Shown: positions 7,984 to 19,563 of the stretch, one piece after another
Position numbering within the stretch: the first letter of the stretch is position 1
Layout of the letters: every line of letters begins with the position of its first letter
NCBI GenBank assembly: GCA_003194425.1
Contig: PQXB01000002.1
Location: 48,677-80,676, forward strand
Source of the DNA: Candidatus Methanophagaceae archaeon
Lineage (GTDB): Archaea; Halobacteriota; Syntropharchaeia; Alkanophagales; Methanospirareceae
Length of the DNA stretch: 32,000 bases
Reading direction: 5' to 3'
Notes under the pieces: generated by a model
Databases searched by the model: none
What the model saw: the letters and a program-made list of their open reading frames with translations, nothing else
Told to the model about the DNA's origin: nothing
Position numbers and translations under genes: made by a program

Positions 7984-9057
7984 ATGAAGCAATTTGGAAG
8001 AGGAATGGTTGCGGCGGAGGGAGAAGCAGTAAAGTCAATGGGGAATGAGGAATTAGAAAGCCTCTTGGAGCGGTCAAAGACGGTCATAAAAGTGATTGGC
8101 TGCGGCGGGAGCGGGACGAACACGATTCAGCGAATGACCGAGGAGGGAATTTTCGGGGCTGACCTCTTTGCTCTTAACACCGACGCTCAGCACTTGTTGT
8201 TCTCAAAGGCGGAGAACAGGCTCTTGATCGGGAAGAAAACGACACGCGGGCTGGGAGCGGGCAGCATTCCGCGGCTGGGCGAAGAAGCAGCGAAGGAGAA
8301 CGCAGACGACATAAAATCAATCGTCGAGGACGCGGATATGGTTTTCGTAACTTGCGGCTTGGGCGGCGGAACCGGGACAGGAGCGGCACCGGTAGTCGCA
8401 CAGGCGGGACAGGACGCGGGTGCTCTCACGATTGGCGTGGTGACGCTGCCGTTCAATGCCGAGGGGGAAGTGAGGCGAGAGAACACTTCTACAGGGCTTG
8501 AAACGCTGCGTGGGTGCACTGACACGCTGATTGTGATGCCAAATGAGCGGCTCTTGGATGTGGTTCCGAGGCTGCCGTTGAACGACGCTTTTCGGGTCGC
8601 TGACGATGTTTTGATGCGGGCGGTAAAGGGGATAACAGAATTAATTACAAAACCCGGTCTGATAAATCTGGACTTTGCCGATGTCAGGACGGTTATGAAA
8701 GACGGAGGAATGGCGATGATCGGGTTCGGCGAGTCAGACGGGCAGAACAAGGCGGCGGATTCAGTGAAACGGGCGTTGAGCTCGCCTCTGCTTGAAGTTG
8801 ACGTCTCGGAAGCGAAGTCGGCGCTGGTGAATGTGACCGGTGGCGAGGATATGACCGTTGAGGAAGCGGAAGGGGCGCTTCAGGAGGTGTACAGAATGAT
8901 GAACCCCGCGGCACGGATAATTTGGGGCGTTCAGGTGAGTCCCGAGTTGAAGAATAAGATGCGAACCCTTCTCGTTGTCACGGGTGTGAAGTCGGAGCAG
9001 ATTTTTGCTCGCAGGGCATTGAAAAAGGAGAAATATGGGATTGAAATTGTGCATTAG
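7984..9057 (+). CDS. ftsZ: Cell division protein FtsZ
   Basis: [17 protein letters not shown]...[10 protein letters not shown]...GLGAGS.P..G...A...[20 protein letters not shown] is the tubulin/FtsZ signature. The true start may be an internal Met. Confidence 0.95.
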   Translation: MKQFGRGMVAAEGEAVKSMGNEELESLLERSKTVIKVIGCGGSGTNTIQRMTEEGIFGADLFALNTDAQHLLFSKAENRLLIGKKTTRGLGAGSIPRLGEEAAKENADDIKSIVEDADMVFVTCGLGGGTGTGAAPVVAQAGQDAGALTIGVVTLPFNAEGEVRRENTSTGLETLRGCTDTLIVMPNERLLDVVPRLPLNDAFRVADDVLMRAVKGITELITKPGLINLDFADVRTVMKDGGMAMIGFGESDGQNKAADSVKRALSSPLLEVDVSEAKSALVNVTGGEDMTVEEAEGALQEVYRMMNPAARIIWGVQVSPELKNKMRTLLVVTGVKSEQIFARRALKKEKYGIEIVH

Positions 9058-9069
9058 GAGGAGACGAAA

Positions 9070-9297
9070 ATGCAAAGAAAAATCCAAGCAAAAATGCAGA
9101 CGAAGTTTAAGTTTGAGGAGCTTTTGAAGAAGTTGGACGAGTATGTGAGAATTTTGAAGTTAGCGAAGACGCCGCAGAAGGAGGAGTTTTTCAAGATTTC
9201 CAAGATCGCGGGGGCTGCGATGGCGTTAATCGGACTTATCGGGTTTTCTATTTATCTGTTGCTGTCGGTTTTACCGGGGGCTTTGAGCAATGTCTGA
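9070..9297 (+). CDS. secE: Preprotein translocase subunit SecE (Sec61 gamma)
   Basis: The 75-aa ORF has a charged N-terminus (YVRILKLAKTPQKEEF) and a single C-terminal TM helix. It lies in the conserved ftsZ-secE-nusG context. Confidence 0.8.
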   Translation: MQRKIQAKMQTKFKFEELLKKLDEYVRILKLAKTPQKEEFFKISKIAGAAMALIGLIGFSIYLLLSVLPGALSNV

Positions 9298-9787
9298 AAA
9301 TGCGGAATGGGGGAACAAAGGAGAAGGGAGAAAAATATTCGCACTAAAGACGACGGTCAATCAGGAGCAGGCGGTTGCGGATTTGATAGAGCGTGGGATA
9401 AAGGACAAGAAGAAGGAGGAGCACGGAATAAAGGCGATTTTGGTGCCGGATGAGTTGCGGGGTTACGTGCTGCTGGAGGCTTCCTTCTCGGACGCTGTAG
9501 AGCAGTTAATTCAGAATATTCCGCACGCACGGGGCTTAATTAAGGGCGAGATGAAATTGGAGGAGGTAGAGCATTTCCTCGCTCCCAAACCGTCGGTGAC
9601 AGGAATTCTGGAGGGCAGCATAATTGAAATAATTTCGGGTCCGTTTAAGGGCGAGAAGGCGAAGGTGAAGAAGGTTGACGAGGCGCACGAGGAGCTCACG
9701 ATTGAACTCTTTGAGGGACTGGTTCCGATTCCGGTCACCGTGCGGGGCGACAGCGTGAAGGTCCTGAGCAGAGAAGGGAAGGAATGA
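9290..9787 (+). CDS. nusG: Transcription elongation factor Spt5/NusG
   Basis: An NGN domain is present (IFALKTTVNQEQAVADLI...GYVLLEA). A KOW motif follows (GSIIEIISGPFKGEKAKVKKVDE). Confidence 0.9.
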   Translation: MSENAEWGNKGEGRKIFALKTTVNQEQAVADLIERGIKDKKKEEHGIKAILVPDELRGYVLLEASFSDAVEQLIQNIPHARGLIKGEMKLEEVEHFLAPKPSVTGILEGSIIEIISGPFKGEKAKVKKVDEAHEELTIELFEGLVPIPVTVRGDSVKVLSREGKE

Positions 9788-10704
9788 GAGGGGCGGAAAT
9801 AAAAAACGAAGATGTTTGCATCTTGGTGCCGACGCTGAACGAGGCGACGACGGTAGGCGAAGTTGTGCGGGGGTTCAAGAGCCAGGGGTTCGAGAATGTC
9901 TTCGTGATTGACGGAGACAGCACGGACGCGACGCGGGAAATCGCAGAGCGAGCGGGCGCGAAAGTGGTGGTTCAGCAGGGAAAAGGGAAGGGCACCGCAC
10001 TCAGGCAAGCGTTCAAACTCTTCGAACTTTCAGAAGCCGAGGTGATTGTAATCATCGACGGCGACGGGACTTACTCACCGTCCGAGGTCGGGAAGTTGCT
10101 TGCGCCGATAATTGACGGCGAAGCAGACCTCGTAATCGGAAATCGGTTCGCGTACAGGGGCGTCTTCAAACTGACGCACCGAATTGGGAACAAGTTCGTG
10201 AACCGGCTCTTCGGGTTCGGCTACGGTACGAAGACGAACGACATTCTGTCGGGCTACCGGGCGCTCACGAGGGACGCGGTGAAGAAGATGCGGCTTGAGA
10301 GAGCGGGTTTTGAGATTGAGGCGGAGATTGCGATAGAAGCAGTGAAACGAGGCGTTCGGATAAAAGAGGTGCCGATAAAATACGACAAACGCGGAGGGCA
10401 GTCAAAACTCAATTTCCTCCGCGACGGCTCAAAAATCGCCTACACGCTCTACGAACTCACGAGGACGCAGAACCCGATTTTCTACTTCGGAATCATCGGC
10501 GTTCTCTTCCTCCTCGCCGGCGTCCTGACCGGCTCTTTCGTCGTGCTTGAGTGGTTCAAGAGCATTTCACACGACCTTCTCACGGTGCTGACTGCTTTGT
10601 TAGTGATTTTAGGAATTCAGTTCTTCATTTTCGGGCTGCTGGGTGATTTCCTGGTAACACTGCAGAAGGAAGTGCTGGAGGCGTTGAGGGGGAAGAGAAG
10701 ATGA
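9784..10704 (+). CDS. Family 2 glycosyltransferase (dolichyl-phosphate sugar synthase-like) with C-terminal TM helices
   Basis: [18 protein letters not shown]...[14 protein letters not shown]...[10 protein letters not shown]..., then SGYRALTR. Two hydrophobic helices occupy the last ~80 aa. The start overlaps the nusG stop. Confidence 0.8.
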   Translation: MRGAEIKNEDVCILVPTLNEATTVGEVVRGFKSQGFENVFVIDGDSTDATREIAERAGAKVVVQQGKGKGTALRQAFKLFELSEAEVIVIIDGDGTYSPSEVGKLLAPIIDGEADLVIGNRFAYRGVFKLTHRIGNKFVNRLFGFGYGTKTNDILSGYRALTRDAVKKMRLERAGFEIEAEIAIEAVKRGVRIKEVPIKYDKRGGQSKLNFLRDGSKIAYTLYELTRTQNPIFYFGIIGVLFLLAGVLTGSFVVLEWFKSISHDLLTVLTALLVILGIQFFIFGLLGDFLVTLQKEVLEALRGKRR

Positions 10705-11111
10705 AAGTGGAAAAAAGCGAGGCGGAAAAAAGTGAGGCGGAAAAAAGCGAGGGAGGGGAGAAAGAGTTAAAGAGCGCGATTGTGCAGGACTACGAGACCG
10801 GGGAGGTTTTGATGCTCGCCCACATTGACGAGGAGGCGCTGCGACTCTGCGTAGAGACAGGGAGGGCGCACTACTGGAGCAGGAGCCGGGGGAAACTCTG
10901 GCGGAAAGGGGAAGTCTCGGGGAACGAGCAAATAATTAAGGAGATTTTGATCGACTGCGACGAGGACGCGGTGCTGCTGAAAGTGGAGCAGGTCGGCGGA
11001 GCGGCGTGCCACATGGGTTACAGGTCTTGCTTTTACCGCAGGCTGAACGGTGAGGTCGTGGGGGAGAAGGTCTTCGAGCCGGAGGAGAAGTACGGAAAGA
11101 AGGCGGTTTAG
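10701..11111 (+). CDS. hisI: Phosphoribosyl-AMP cyclohydrolase HisI with an N-terminal KSEAE repeat
   Basis: [20 protein letters not shown]...[25 protein letters not shown]...[29 protein letters not shown] is the HisI signature, including the Cys/His metal ligands. The ATGA overlaps the GT2 stop. Confidence 0.9.
   Translation: MKVEKSEAEKSEAEKSEGGEKELKSAIVQDYETGEVLMLAHIDEEALRLCVETGRAHYWSRSRGKLWRKGEVSGNEQIIKEILIDCDEDAVLLKVEQVGGAACHMGYRSCFYRRLNGEVVGEKVFEPEEKYGKKAV
10710..10754 (+). repeat. 15-bp tandem repeat x3 (gaaaaaagcgaggcg) encoding KSEAE x3 at the HisI N-terminus
   Basis: Units are at 10710, 10725 and 10740. Confidence 0.9.
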
Positions 11112-11207
11112 AGGTTTTGGGTTTAGAGGTTGGGAGGTTTGGATTTTTAGATGTTTTGCTGCTAAACCGCTAAATCTCTAACTCATAAACCCTTTAAATT
11201 ACTAACC

Positions 11208-11215
11208 TTTTTATA
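11208..11215 (+). promoter_or_regulatory. TATA-like box upstream of alba
   Basis: tttttata lies about 38 nt upstream of the ATG at 11250. An aggtga SD-like element sits just before the start. Confidence 0.35.
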
Positions 11216-11249
11216 GAGGCGAGACAAATATGTAAGTAGGTGATGCAAA

Positions 11250-11546
11250 ATGCAGGGAAAACAAGAAGACAACGTGATATATATCGGGAGCAAGCCCGTG
11301 ATGAGTTATGTCCTCGCGGTAGTGACGCAGTTTAACAACGGGTTCGACGATGTGGTGATAAAGGCGAGAGGCAGAGCGATTTCGAGGGCAGTGGACACCG
11401 CGGAAGTAGTGAGGAACAAGTTTATGCCGAACGTGGAAGTGAAGGACATAAAAATCGCGACAGAGATGATAGAAGGGCGAGAGGGAGGAGGAGGAGATAA
11501 AGCGAACGTTTCCTCGATGGAAATAACAATGAAGACGAAGGCTTGA
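11250..11546 (+). CDS. albA: DNA/RNA-binding protein Alba
   Basis: [50 protein letters not shown] is the canonical Alba core. Confidence 0.9.
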   Translation: MQGKQEDNVIYIGSKPVMSYVLAVVTQFNNGFDDVVIKARGRAISRAVDTAEVVRNKFMPNVEVKDIKIATEMIEGREGGGGDKANVSSMEITMKTKA

Positions 11547-11595
11547 ACCGAACGCAGAAATCGGAAAGCAGAGAGAGGAGAGGAGAGAAAGAACC

Positions 11596-11625
11596 TTTTT
11601 CTCCTATTTTTTATTTTTTTATTTT
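11596..11625 (+). terminator. Oligo-T tracts downstream of alba (archaeal-type termination signal; the region may also hold the pyrB promoter)
   Basis: The sequence is cctttttctcctattttttatttttttatttta. Confidence 0.35.
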
Positions 11626-11627
11626 AG

Positions 11628-14102
<2,475 letters not shown>

Positions 14103-14103
<1 letters not shown>

Positions 14104-14138
14104 AGACTAGTTGAAGAGGAAAGACTAGTTGAAGAGGA
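14103..14138 (+). repeat. Perfect 18-bp tandem duplication (aagactagttgaagagga x2) starting in the glyA stop codon
   Basis: Copies are at 14103-14120 and 14121-14138. Each contains the palindrome ACTAGT. Confidence 0.9.
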
Positions 14139-14149
14139 AAAAAGGGTAG

Positions 14150-14161
14150 GTATTTAAATAC
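14150..14161 (+). promoter_or_regulatory. Palindromic TATA-like box GTATTTAAATAC upstream of the 14203 gene
   Basis: This is a perfect 12-nt palindrome centred about 48 nt upstream of the ATG. Confidence 0.35.
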
Positions 14162-14202
14162 TCTAAAACATAATGATAAATAAATGAAGAAGAACTGAGA
14201 GA

Positions 14203-15072
14203 ATGTTTGAAGAATTAATAGAGCGTAGAGCCGAGGTAATAAAAAGAGCAGAGGAGTCTAAAAGGCGAAGGACGGACTTAAACGCAGAAGCGGGCAAGTG
14301 GGCAGACTTGAGAGACGAACTGAACGGGCAGTTAAAAAAAGCAGTTGCGCGGGCGAAAGAGTTTAAGAAGCAGCGAGAGGAGTACGAGAAACTGATCGAG
14401 GAGAAGAAGGAGCAGCGCAGCGAGTTGAATAAAAAAGCGGCTGCGTGTTATTCAAAGGTCGAGAAGTTGCGTAAAAAGAGCGACTTGCAGCAGAGCATTC
14501 AGGAGTTCGAGGGTCTCAGTGCGAGAATCGAGGAGTTGGAGTTGAAGCAGCAGGTAGAAGTGCTGAGCAAGGACAAGGACCGGAAATTAGTGGCGAGAAT
14601 AAAGGAGCTGCGGCGGGAATTTGCGAAAATGCAGAAGGAACTGGAGAAGGACAAGAAGTTGAGGGAGGTGCTGGAAAAGGCGCAGGAGCTCAAGGAAGAG
14701 GCGGACAGACACCACGAGGAAGTGCTAAAATATGTAAAAATCTCGCACGAGTGCCAGGATAAAATGGTAGCGTGTTTCAGGGAAGCAGACCGAGTGAGGG
14801 CGAAGGCGGACGAGGCACACCGGCTCTTTTTGGAGGCGATTGCGGAAGCGGACAAGGCACACAAATTATACCTGCAGTACTCGCAGGACTTAAAGGACTT
14901 TAACCACGTGATAAACGGGCTGAGGCGGAAGATGCGGGAGGATTTTGGATTTAGGGCGAGGACAGAGGCGAGAAGGAAAGCGAGGGGGATTTACGAAAAG
15001 TTTAGAGACGGCGAGAAACTGAGCACCGAAGATTTGATGCTGCTTCAAAAGTCAGAGATGCTTTTGAAGTGA
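14203..15072 (+). CDS. Conserved archaeal coiled-coil protein (COG1340-like), function unknown
   Basis: The 289-aa ORF is almost entirely heptad-like and K/E/R/L-rich (AEAGKWADLRDELNGQLKKAVARAKEFKKQREEYEKL...). The family assignment is from memory only. Confidence 0.45.
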   Translation: MFEELIERRAEVIKRAEESKRRRTDLNAEAGKWADLRDELNGQLKKAVARAKEFKKQREEYEKLIEEKKEQRSELNKKAAACYSKVEKLRKKSDLQQSIQEFEGLSARIEELELKQQVEVLSKDKDRKLVARIKELRREFAKMQKELEKDKKLREVLEKAQELKEEADRHHEEVLKYVKISHECQDKMVACFREADRVRAKADEAHRLFLEAIAEADKAHKLYLQYSQDLKDFNHVINGLRRKMREDFGFRARTEARRKARGIYEKFRDGEKLSTEDLMLLQKSEMLLK

Positions 15073-15082
15073 AAAAACCCTG

Positions 15083-15793
15083 CTAAACCTCTACTGTCAC
15101 GCCTGCCCCACACCACGCCGTCTTCTTCGGAAACCGCTCCAGTATTTCTTGCTTACGCACAGTGCAGTGACAGGGCACCACCAGCTCCAGCCCCGCTAAC
15201 AACTCCAACCGGTCAAACCCGTGAAAACCGCCTACCACGCCGTAAACTTCGCCGAATCTCCCGGCTGCCTCCAAAATATTCTCCAGTCCGGGGTGCGCGC
15301 ACCCCGTCAAAACAACAACTCCTTCACCCCCCTTTCCGCTGGTCGCCTCCAAAACCAGCGACTGCTCCTTCAGTCCTGCCGTTCCTGTTTCAAGTTCCCC
15401 CGTCGTGTGAACACCGGGCACAATTTCCGCAGGTCCCGAGACCTCAACTACCTCCACCCCTGCCGCCTGCTCCTCAATCTTTCTCTTCGCCGCCCTCGTA
15501 AAAGAGCGGGGCAAATACACAACCACATTCTCGTGCAGCACTGTTTCGAGACCGCCGACGTGGTCCCAGTGCTCGTGCGAGAGCGCGATAATTTCAATCT
15601 CCTCCCTTTTTATCCCCAACTTCCGCAGGTTGTGCGACAGAATCTCAGCCGACGCCCCGGTGTCAAACAGCACTTTCTCGCCCTTTCTACCCTCTGCTTC
15701 GACCAGACACGAAAAGCCCCAGTCGCTCTTTAGCCCTTCTCCCTCTCCCCACCCTACCTTCGCTTCGTTGTCGTAAAGAATTCTTAAATTCAT
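15083..15793 (-). CDS. MBL-fold metallo-hydrolase (COG1237-type; some members act in methanopterin biosynthesis)
   Basis: ILYDNEA...GFSCLVEA...VLFDTGAS...ALSHEHWDHVGGL matches the family (HxHxDH motif). A later TGCAHPG is also present. Confidence 0.75.
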   Translation of the reverse strand: MNLRILYDNEAKVGWGEGEGLKSDWGFSCLVEAEGRKGEKVLFDTGASAEILSHNLRKLGIKREEIEIIALSHEHWDHVGGLETVLHENVVVYLPRSFTRAAKRKIEEQAAGVEVVEVSGPAEIVPGVHTTGELETGTAGLKEQSLVLEATSGKGGEGVVVLTGCAHPGLENILEAAGRFGEVYGVVGGFHGFDRLELLAGLELVVPCHCTVRKQEILERFPKKTAWCGAGVTVEV

Positions 15794-15828
15794 TTTTCTT
15801 TTTAATTCCTTTTTGTTTTGTATAAAAA

Positions 15829-16428
15829 ATGATTAAAGAAATAGAAAAGCAGGCGAAGAGCGAGGTGGAGAAGATAAGGCAAATGAAGAAGGAGGCGTTA
15901 GCAAAGCTCGTTATTCCGTTCTGTCTTGCGGGAGTAGTGGTAGTCTTTTTCTGGTTTGCGGGACCTGAAATCTACACGAAATACGCAAAGGTCTTTAGCA
16001 TTTACTCGTTTGTGCCTTTTGGAGGGCCGGTAGCGGCGATTCCCGCGGGCTTGAGTCTTGGCGCTTCTCCGCTGGGTCTGATTGCTTTTATCGCTTTCAC
16101 TGACGCTGACATTGCGTTGTTCTTGGTCTGGAACTTTGACTACGCGGCGAAAATACCAGGCTTGGGGAAGTTGGTGCGGCGGGCGGAGGAGAGCGGGGAG
16201 AAAGCGATAAAAAAATACAAGTGGGCGAAGCGGTTCGGGTTCGTGGGGCTTGTCCTCCTGGTCACCTTCCCGCTTCAGTGGACGGGCTCTGCAGTGGGCG
16301 CGATCGTGGGCAGGCTGGTGGGAATGGCGCCTCTGACGACTTGGCTTGCGGTTCTCGTTGGCACTCTTATCCGCTCTACCCTTGCAACACTTATTTCTAT
16401 CGGCGTGCTCTCTTTCATTAACCTCTGA
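15829..16428 (+). CDS. Integral membrane protein, unknown function
   Basis: The 199-aa ORF has a charged N-terminus and about 4 hydrophobic helices. No motif was recognised, and the start is uncertain (alternative Met at 15883). Confidence 0.45.
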   Translation: MIKEIEKQAKSEVEKIRQMKKEALAKLVIPFCLAGVVVVFFWFAGPEIYTKYAKVFSIYSFVPFGGPVAAIPAGLSLGASPLGLIAFIAFTDADIALFLVWNFDYAAKIPGLGKLVRRAEESGEKAIKKYKWAKRFGFVGLVLLVTFPLQWTGSAVGAIVGRLVGMAPLTTWLAVLVGTLIRSTLATLISIGVLSFINL

Positions 16429-16441
16429 CCTAACTTGAAAT

Positions 16442-16485
16442 CTCGTTTTGCCGTCGGCTTACTCTCGTTTTGCCGCCGGCCTACT
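16442..16485. repeat. 22-nt tandem duplication (ctcgttttgccgYcggcYtact x2) in a convergent intergenic region
   Basis: Copies are at 16442-16463 and 16464-16485 with 2 mismatches. Each has a GCCGNCGGC palindrome and a TTTT run. The second copy covers the ABC ATPase stop codon. Confidence 0.85.
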
Positions 16486-17503
16486 CCCTTATCCGCCGTC
16501 CCGTAAACTGCAAGAAAACATCCTCCAAACTCGGCTTCCGCAAATTCACCGACCTCACCTCCAACCCCTCCTGGCGTGCAGCCTCCAAAATCTCCGGAAT
16601 CCTTAAATCCCCACGCTCCATCTTTAAAGTCACAAAACCGTCGTGCTCCCGAAACTCGGTAACAAAATCCAGCCTCTTGAAAACCTCCTCGTAACCTCCA
16701 GAATTCTCTTCCAACTCCAAACTCACCAAATCCGAGCCGATTAAATCCTTCAAGTTTCTCGGCGTGTCAAGCGAAATTATTCTGCCCCTATCAATAATTC
16801 CCACCCGCCCGCAGAGGTAGTCCGCCTCTTCCATTTGGTGCGTCGTCAAGACAACCGTTAGCCCCTCGCGCGCGTTCAACTCCTTTATGAAATCCCAAAT
16901 CCGCCGCCTCGTCTGCGTGTCCAACCCCAAAGTCGGCTCGTCTAAGAACAGGACTTTCGGGTGGTGAATAAAACCGCGTGCAATCTCCAAACGCCGTTTC
17001 ATCCCTCCTGAATACTTGTCTACCACCTCGTCCGCCTTCTCCTCAAGTTCAACGAGCTTCAAAACCTCCTCAATCCTTTCCTCCCGCACCCGCCTCCTCT
17101 TGCCGCTGCCCCGCCTCTCGCCGCCCTGGTCGCCCTGGTCGCCCTGCCCAACGCCGTAAATCCGCGCGTGAAAGTCCAGGTTCTCCCGACCCGTCAGTCG
17201 CCAGTCCAACGACGGCTCTTGAAAGACAATTCCGATGCTCCTCCTCACGCTGTCCTTCTCCTTGCTGACATCAAACCCTGCCACCCGCGCCGTTCCCGAA
17301 GTGGGCTTCAGAAGAGTGGTCAATATTTTTATCACGGTCGTCTTGCCCGCACCGTTAGGACCGAGCAGAGCGAAAATCTCGCCCGCTTCGACGCTAAACG
17401 AGACGCGGTCTACGGCAGCAGCGGTGGTAGCAGCAGCGGACCTGCTGCCTCGGTACCGCTTCGTTAAGCCCCTTACTTCAATCGCCCTCTCCTTCGCTTT
17501 CAT
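16481..17503 (-). CDS. ABC transporter ATP-binding protein (ABC-2/DrrA-like) with a low-complexity insert
   Basis: Walker A is GPNGAGKTT, the Q-loop is present, the signature is YSGGMKRRLEIA, and Walker B is VLFLDEPTLGLD. The insert is GQGDQGDQGGERRGSGKRRR. Confidence 0.9.
   Translation of the reverse strand: MKAKERAIEVRGLTKRYRGSRSAAATTAAAVDRVSFSVEAGEIFALLGPNGAGKTTVIKILTTLLKPTSGTARVAGFDVSKEKDSVRRSIGIVFQEPSLDWRLTGRENLDFHARIYGVGQGDQGDQGGERRGSGKRRRVREERIEEVLKLVELEEKADEVVDKYSGGMKRRLEIARGFIHHPKVLFLDEPTLGLDTQTRRRIWDFIKELNAREGLTVVLTTHQMEEADYLCGRVGIIDRGRIISLDTPRNLKDLIGSDLVSLELEENSGGYEEVFKRLDFVTEFREHDGFVTLKMERGDLRIPEILEAARQEGLEVRSVNLRKPSLEDVFLQFTGRRIRE
17122..17148 (-). repeat. 9-bp tandem repeat x3 (cgccctggt) encoding GDQGDQG in the ABC ATPase
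   Basis: Units are at 17122, 17131 and 17140. Confidence 0.85.
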
Positions 17504-17556
17504 CTCCTTCCTCTTACAACGGCAGACAGGAACAGGAGAGTAGCAGTCTCCTTCCG

Positions 17557-18303
17557 CTACTCATTTTTTTCTCTTTCTCGCCCCACGCTCACCCTCTCCT
17601 TCTCCTCTTTCTCTACACGCACAAAGACGCCGATTTCACGCAAATACTCCGCCGAGAGCAGTCCCCTCTTCCTCCCTCTCCCTCTCCCTCTCCCTCTACT
17701 TCTGCCTCTGCCGTTGTCGTGAATCAGCAACTCTGCCAAATCTTCCACCTCGTCAATGTCCGCGCTCAAAAAAAACGAGTCGTGAACAGCGTAGGACAAA
17801 CCCCTCCGCCTCGCCGTCTCCAAATGCTTCAGACAACTAATTCCGTAGTAGGAGACCGCGAATTCGCGGGGTCGCCGCAGGAACAACGCGTTCGTGCCGC
17901 CGTTCCTTCCCGGTGCTACCACCACCTCCTCCGAGTGCCCAACAAGTCGGTTTATGCTTTTGGACGTCGTCAGCGGAAGGTCTGCCATAATTATCAGCAC
18001 CGGCTCCTCCGGCTCCCGCACCTCGTTCAGCACCTCGTTCAGCACCTCGTTCAGCCCTCTGCCGTCCGCTCTGACCGTCAGGTTTAGGTTTAACTCTAAC
18101 TGACCAGGTTCAGGAGGAGAGGTAGAGATTATTTCCGCCTCTTCCACCGCCGACTCCGAGAGAGCGACCAAAACATCCTTCAGCATTCTCGTAGCGAGTT
18201 CTTCACGCTCGGTCTCGCTTAAAAACCCGCCTAACCTCGACTTCGCCCCCTCCTTCTTAAACGGAATAAACGCTCTCACTTTCGGTTTCACTCTCGGCTT
18301 CAC
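17557..18303 (-). CDS. cofC: 2-phospho-L-lactate guanylyltransferase CofC (F420 biosynthesis) with two repeat inserts
   Basis: FIPFKKEGAKSRLGGFLSETEREELATRMLKDVL...IMADLPL...APGRNGGTNALFL...YGISCLKHLETARRRGL.YAVHDSFFLSADIDEVEDL matches my recollection of archaeal CofC. The ORF starts at a GTG, with alternative GTGs at 18291 and 18279. Confidence 0.8.
   Translation of the reverse strand: MKPRVKPKVRAFIPFKKEGAKSRLGGFLSETEREELATRMLKDVLVALSESAVEEAEIISTSPPEPGQLELNLNLTVRADGRGLNEVLNEVLNEVREPEEPVLIIMADLPLTTSKSINRLVGHSEEVVVAPGRNGGTNALFLRRPREFAVSYYGISCLKHLETARRRGLSYAVHDSFFLSADIDEVEDLAELLIHDNGRGRSRGRGRGRGRKRGLLSAEYLREIGVFVRVEKEEKERVSVGREREKNE
17664..17712 (-). repeat. 6-bp repeat tract encoding GRGRSRGRGRGRGRKRG in CofC
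   Basis: The tract reads cctctt cctccc (tctccc)x3 tctact tctgcc tctgcc. Confidence 0.8.
18019..18054 (-). repeat. Perfect 12-bp tandem repeat x3 (cacctcgttcag) encoding LNEVLNEVLNEV in CofC
   Basis: Units are at 18019, 18031 and 18043. Confidence 0.9.
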
Positions 18304-18342
18304 TTTCTGGTTTCACTTTCGGTTTCACTCTCGGCTTCACTT
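18276..18342 (-). repeat. Identical 30-nt direct repeat (18276-18305 and 18313-18342) spanning the rpoD stop / cofC start junction
   Basis: tcactttcggtttcactctcggcttcactt occurs twice, 37 nt apart. I verified this base by base. Confidence 0.9.
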
Positions 18343-19046
18343 AAACTTAACTCCTCCACCAGCCTCTCGCATTTTTCCCGCATTAACCTCGCCGCTTCTG
18401 TCACCATTTCATCCACCGAGAGAGAGCCGTCCCCCTCCACACTAAGGACTACCGCATTCTCGTCTGCGTCTGGCTTGTAGCCGCACGCGGTGACGGGCTG
18501 CCACTTTGCGTGTTCTCTTCCCCTGCCCAGCCTCGCAACCGCGTCAACCGAGATTTTTTGTCGTGCGACCGTCGTTTTTATGCCGCTAATTTCTCGCTGC
18601 GTTGAGATTAGTTTCACGATTGGAATATTCTCCAACGCTGGTCTTACCCCAACTCCAGGCTCGGACGAGACGAGTTCCTTTGAATAAACCGTCCTCTCAC
18701 CGACTCTTTCAGGACTCTCCGCTCTTAAACTTAAAGTCACCGAAGACTCTTCTCCTTTTCTTTCTCCTTTTCCTTTTCTTTCTCCTTCTCCTTTTTTTTC
18801 TTCTTCTCCTTTTCTTCCTCCTTCTCCTACTTCCCCACACTTCAGAGGAATCAAAGCCAAACGCAACGCCAACTGCTCGTCGTACAAGAGTGAAGAGTTC
18901 TCGTAAATCTTCACTTCGTCAATCGCCAATTTCGGCACTTCGGCAAGCAAGACCCGCCTGATCGCGTTTACGAAGCGAGTTCCGACGCCCGAAACGACCA
19001 GTCTCACTTCCTCCTCCCCCCGCCGTTCCGCTATTTTCAGTTTCAT
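18300..19046 (-). CDS. rpoD: DNA-directed RNA polymerase subunit D (Rpo3) with a G/E/K-rich insert
   Basis: VSGVGTRFVNAIRRVLLAEVPKLAIDEVKIYENSSLLYDEQLALRLALIPLK matches Rpo3. The insert GEVGEGGRKGEEEKKGEGERKGKGERKGEE is at about 18748-18835. Confidence 0.9.
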   Translation of the reverse strand: MKLKIAERRGEEEVRLVVSGVGTRFVNAIRRVLLAEVPKLAIDEVKIYENSSLLYDEQLALRLALIPLKCGEVGEGGRKGEEEKKGEGERKGKGERKGEESSVTLSLRAESPERVGERTVYSKELVSSEPGVGVRPALENIPIVKLISTQREISGIKTTVARQKISVDAVARLGRGREHAKWQPVTACGYKPDADENAVVLSVEGDGSLSVDEMVTEAARLMREKCERLVEELSLSEAESETESETRK

Positions 19047-19121
19047 AAACTTTCTGTTCCGTAAAACATTTTAGAAAAAAATTTCTTTAGTAAAGTTTAC
19101 TTTAAAAAAGAAAAGTTTTTT

Positions 19122-19511
19122 TTAAACTCTTCTCCCTCTCCGTCCGCCGGGGCGCTTCGTGCCGTCGTGCGGTACAGGCGAGACGTCCTCTATTTTTCCA
19201 ATTCGCAGACCAGCGCGGGCAAAGGTTCTTATCGCAGCCTGAGCCCCAGGGGCAGTGCTTCTCGCTTTACGCCCTGCTGCTGCCTTCACTTTCACGTGCA
19301 CCCCTTTTATCTCTCGCTCTTTCAGTTTGTCTGCAAGCTGGTTCGCCATTTGCATCGCGGTGTAAGGCGAACTCTCGTCGCGGTCTGCTCTCGCAATCAT
19401 TCCGCCAGACGCCCTCGCAATCGTCTCCGCACCCGTAATGTCCGTAATTGTGATGATTGTGTTATTAAACGAAGAAAAAATATGTGCAATTACCCATTTC
19501 TCGCCAGTCAT
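19122..19511 (-). CDS. rps11: 30S ribosomal protein S11 (uS11)
   Basis: [34 protein letters not shown]...SPYTAMQMA...[12 protein letters not shown] matches uS11. Confidence 0.95.
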   Translation of the reverse strand: MTGEKWVIAHIFSSFNNTIITITDITGAETIARASGGMIARADRDESSPYTAMQMANQLADKLKEREIKGVHVKVKAAAGRKARSTAPGAQAAIRTFARAGLRIGKIEDVSPVPHDGTKRPGGRRGRRV

Positions 19512-19563
19512 TTTTATTCCCCTCCCTCTTTACTTCTCCTTTTTCTTCTTTCTTCTCTTTTCC

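Noticed and set aside
11103-11195. G-rich TTTAGAGGTT / GGTTTGG repeats after hisI, plus the complementary strings GCGGTTTAG (11103-11111) and CTAAACCGC (11162-11170). I considered a G-quadruplex, a telomere-like repeat or a structured ncRNA.
   Set aside because: The G runs are mostly only 2-3 nt. The complementary blocks are not colinear, so no convincing extended hairpin forms. The region is also where the hisI terminator and alba promoter are expected. The evidence is insufficient without folding or covariation analysis.
14165-14200. ATGATAA...CTGA strings considered as a C/D-box sRNA.
   Set aside because: The C box is imperfect. The box spacing of about 25 nt is too short for a C/D sRNA. 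There are no C'/D' boxes and no terminal stem.
15829-17503. ABC ATPase without an adjacent permease, next to an unknown membrane protein, considered as a novel transporter system.
   Set aside because: The two genes are convergent, so not an operon. The membrane protein has no ABC-2 permease features I can recognise. Orphan ABC ATPases are common, especially in a genome with scrambled operons.
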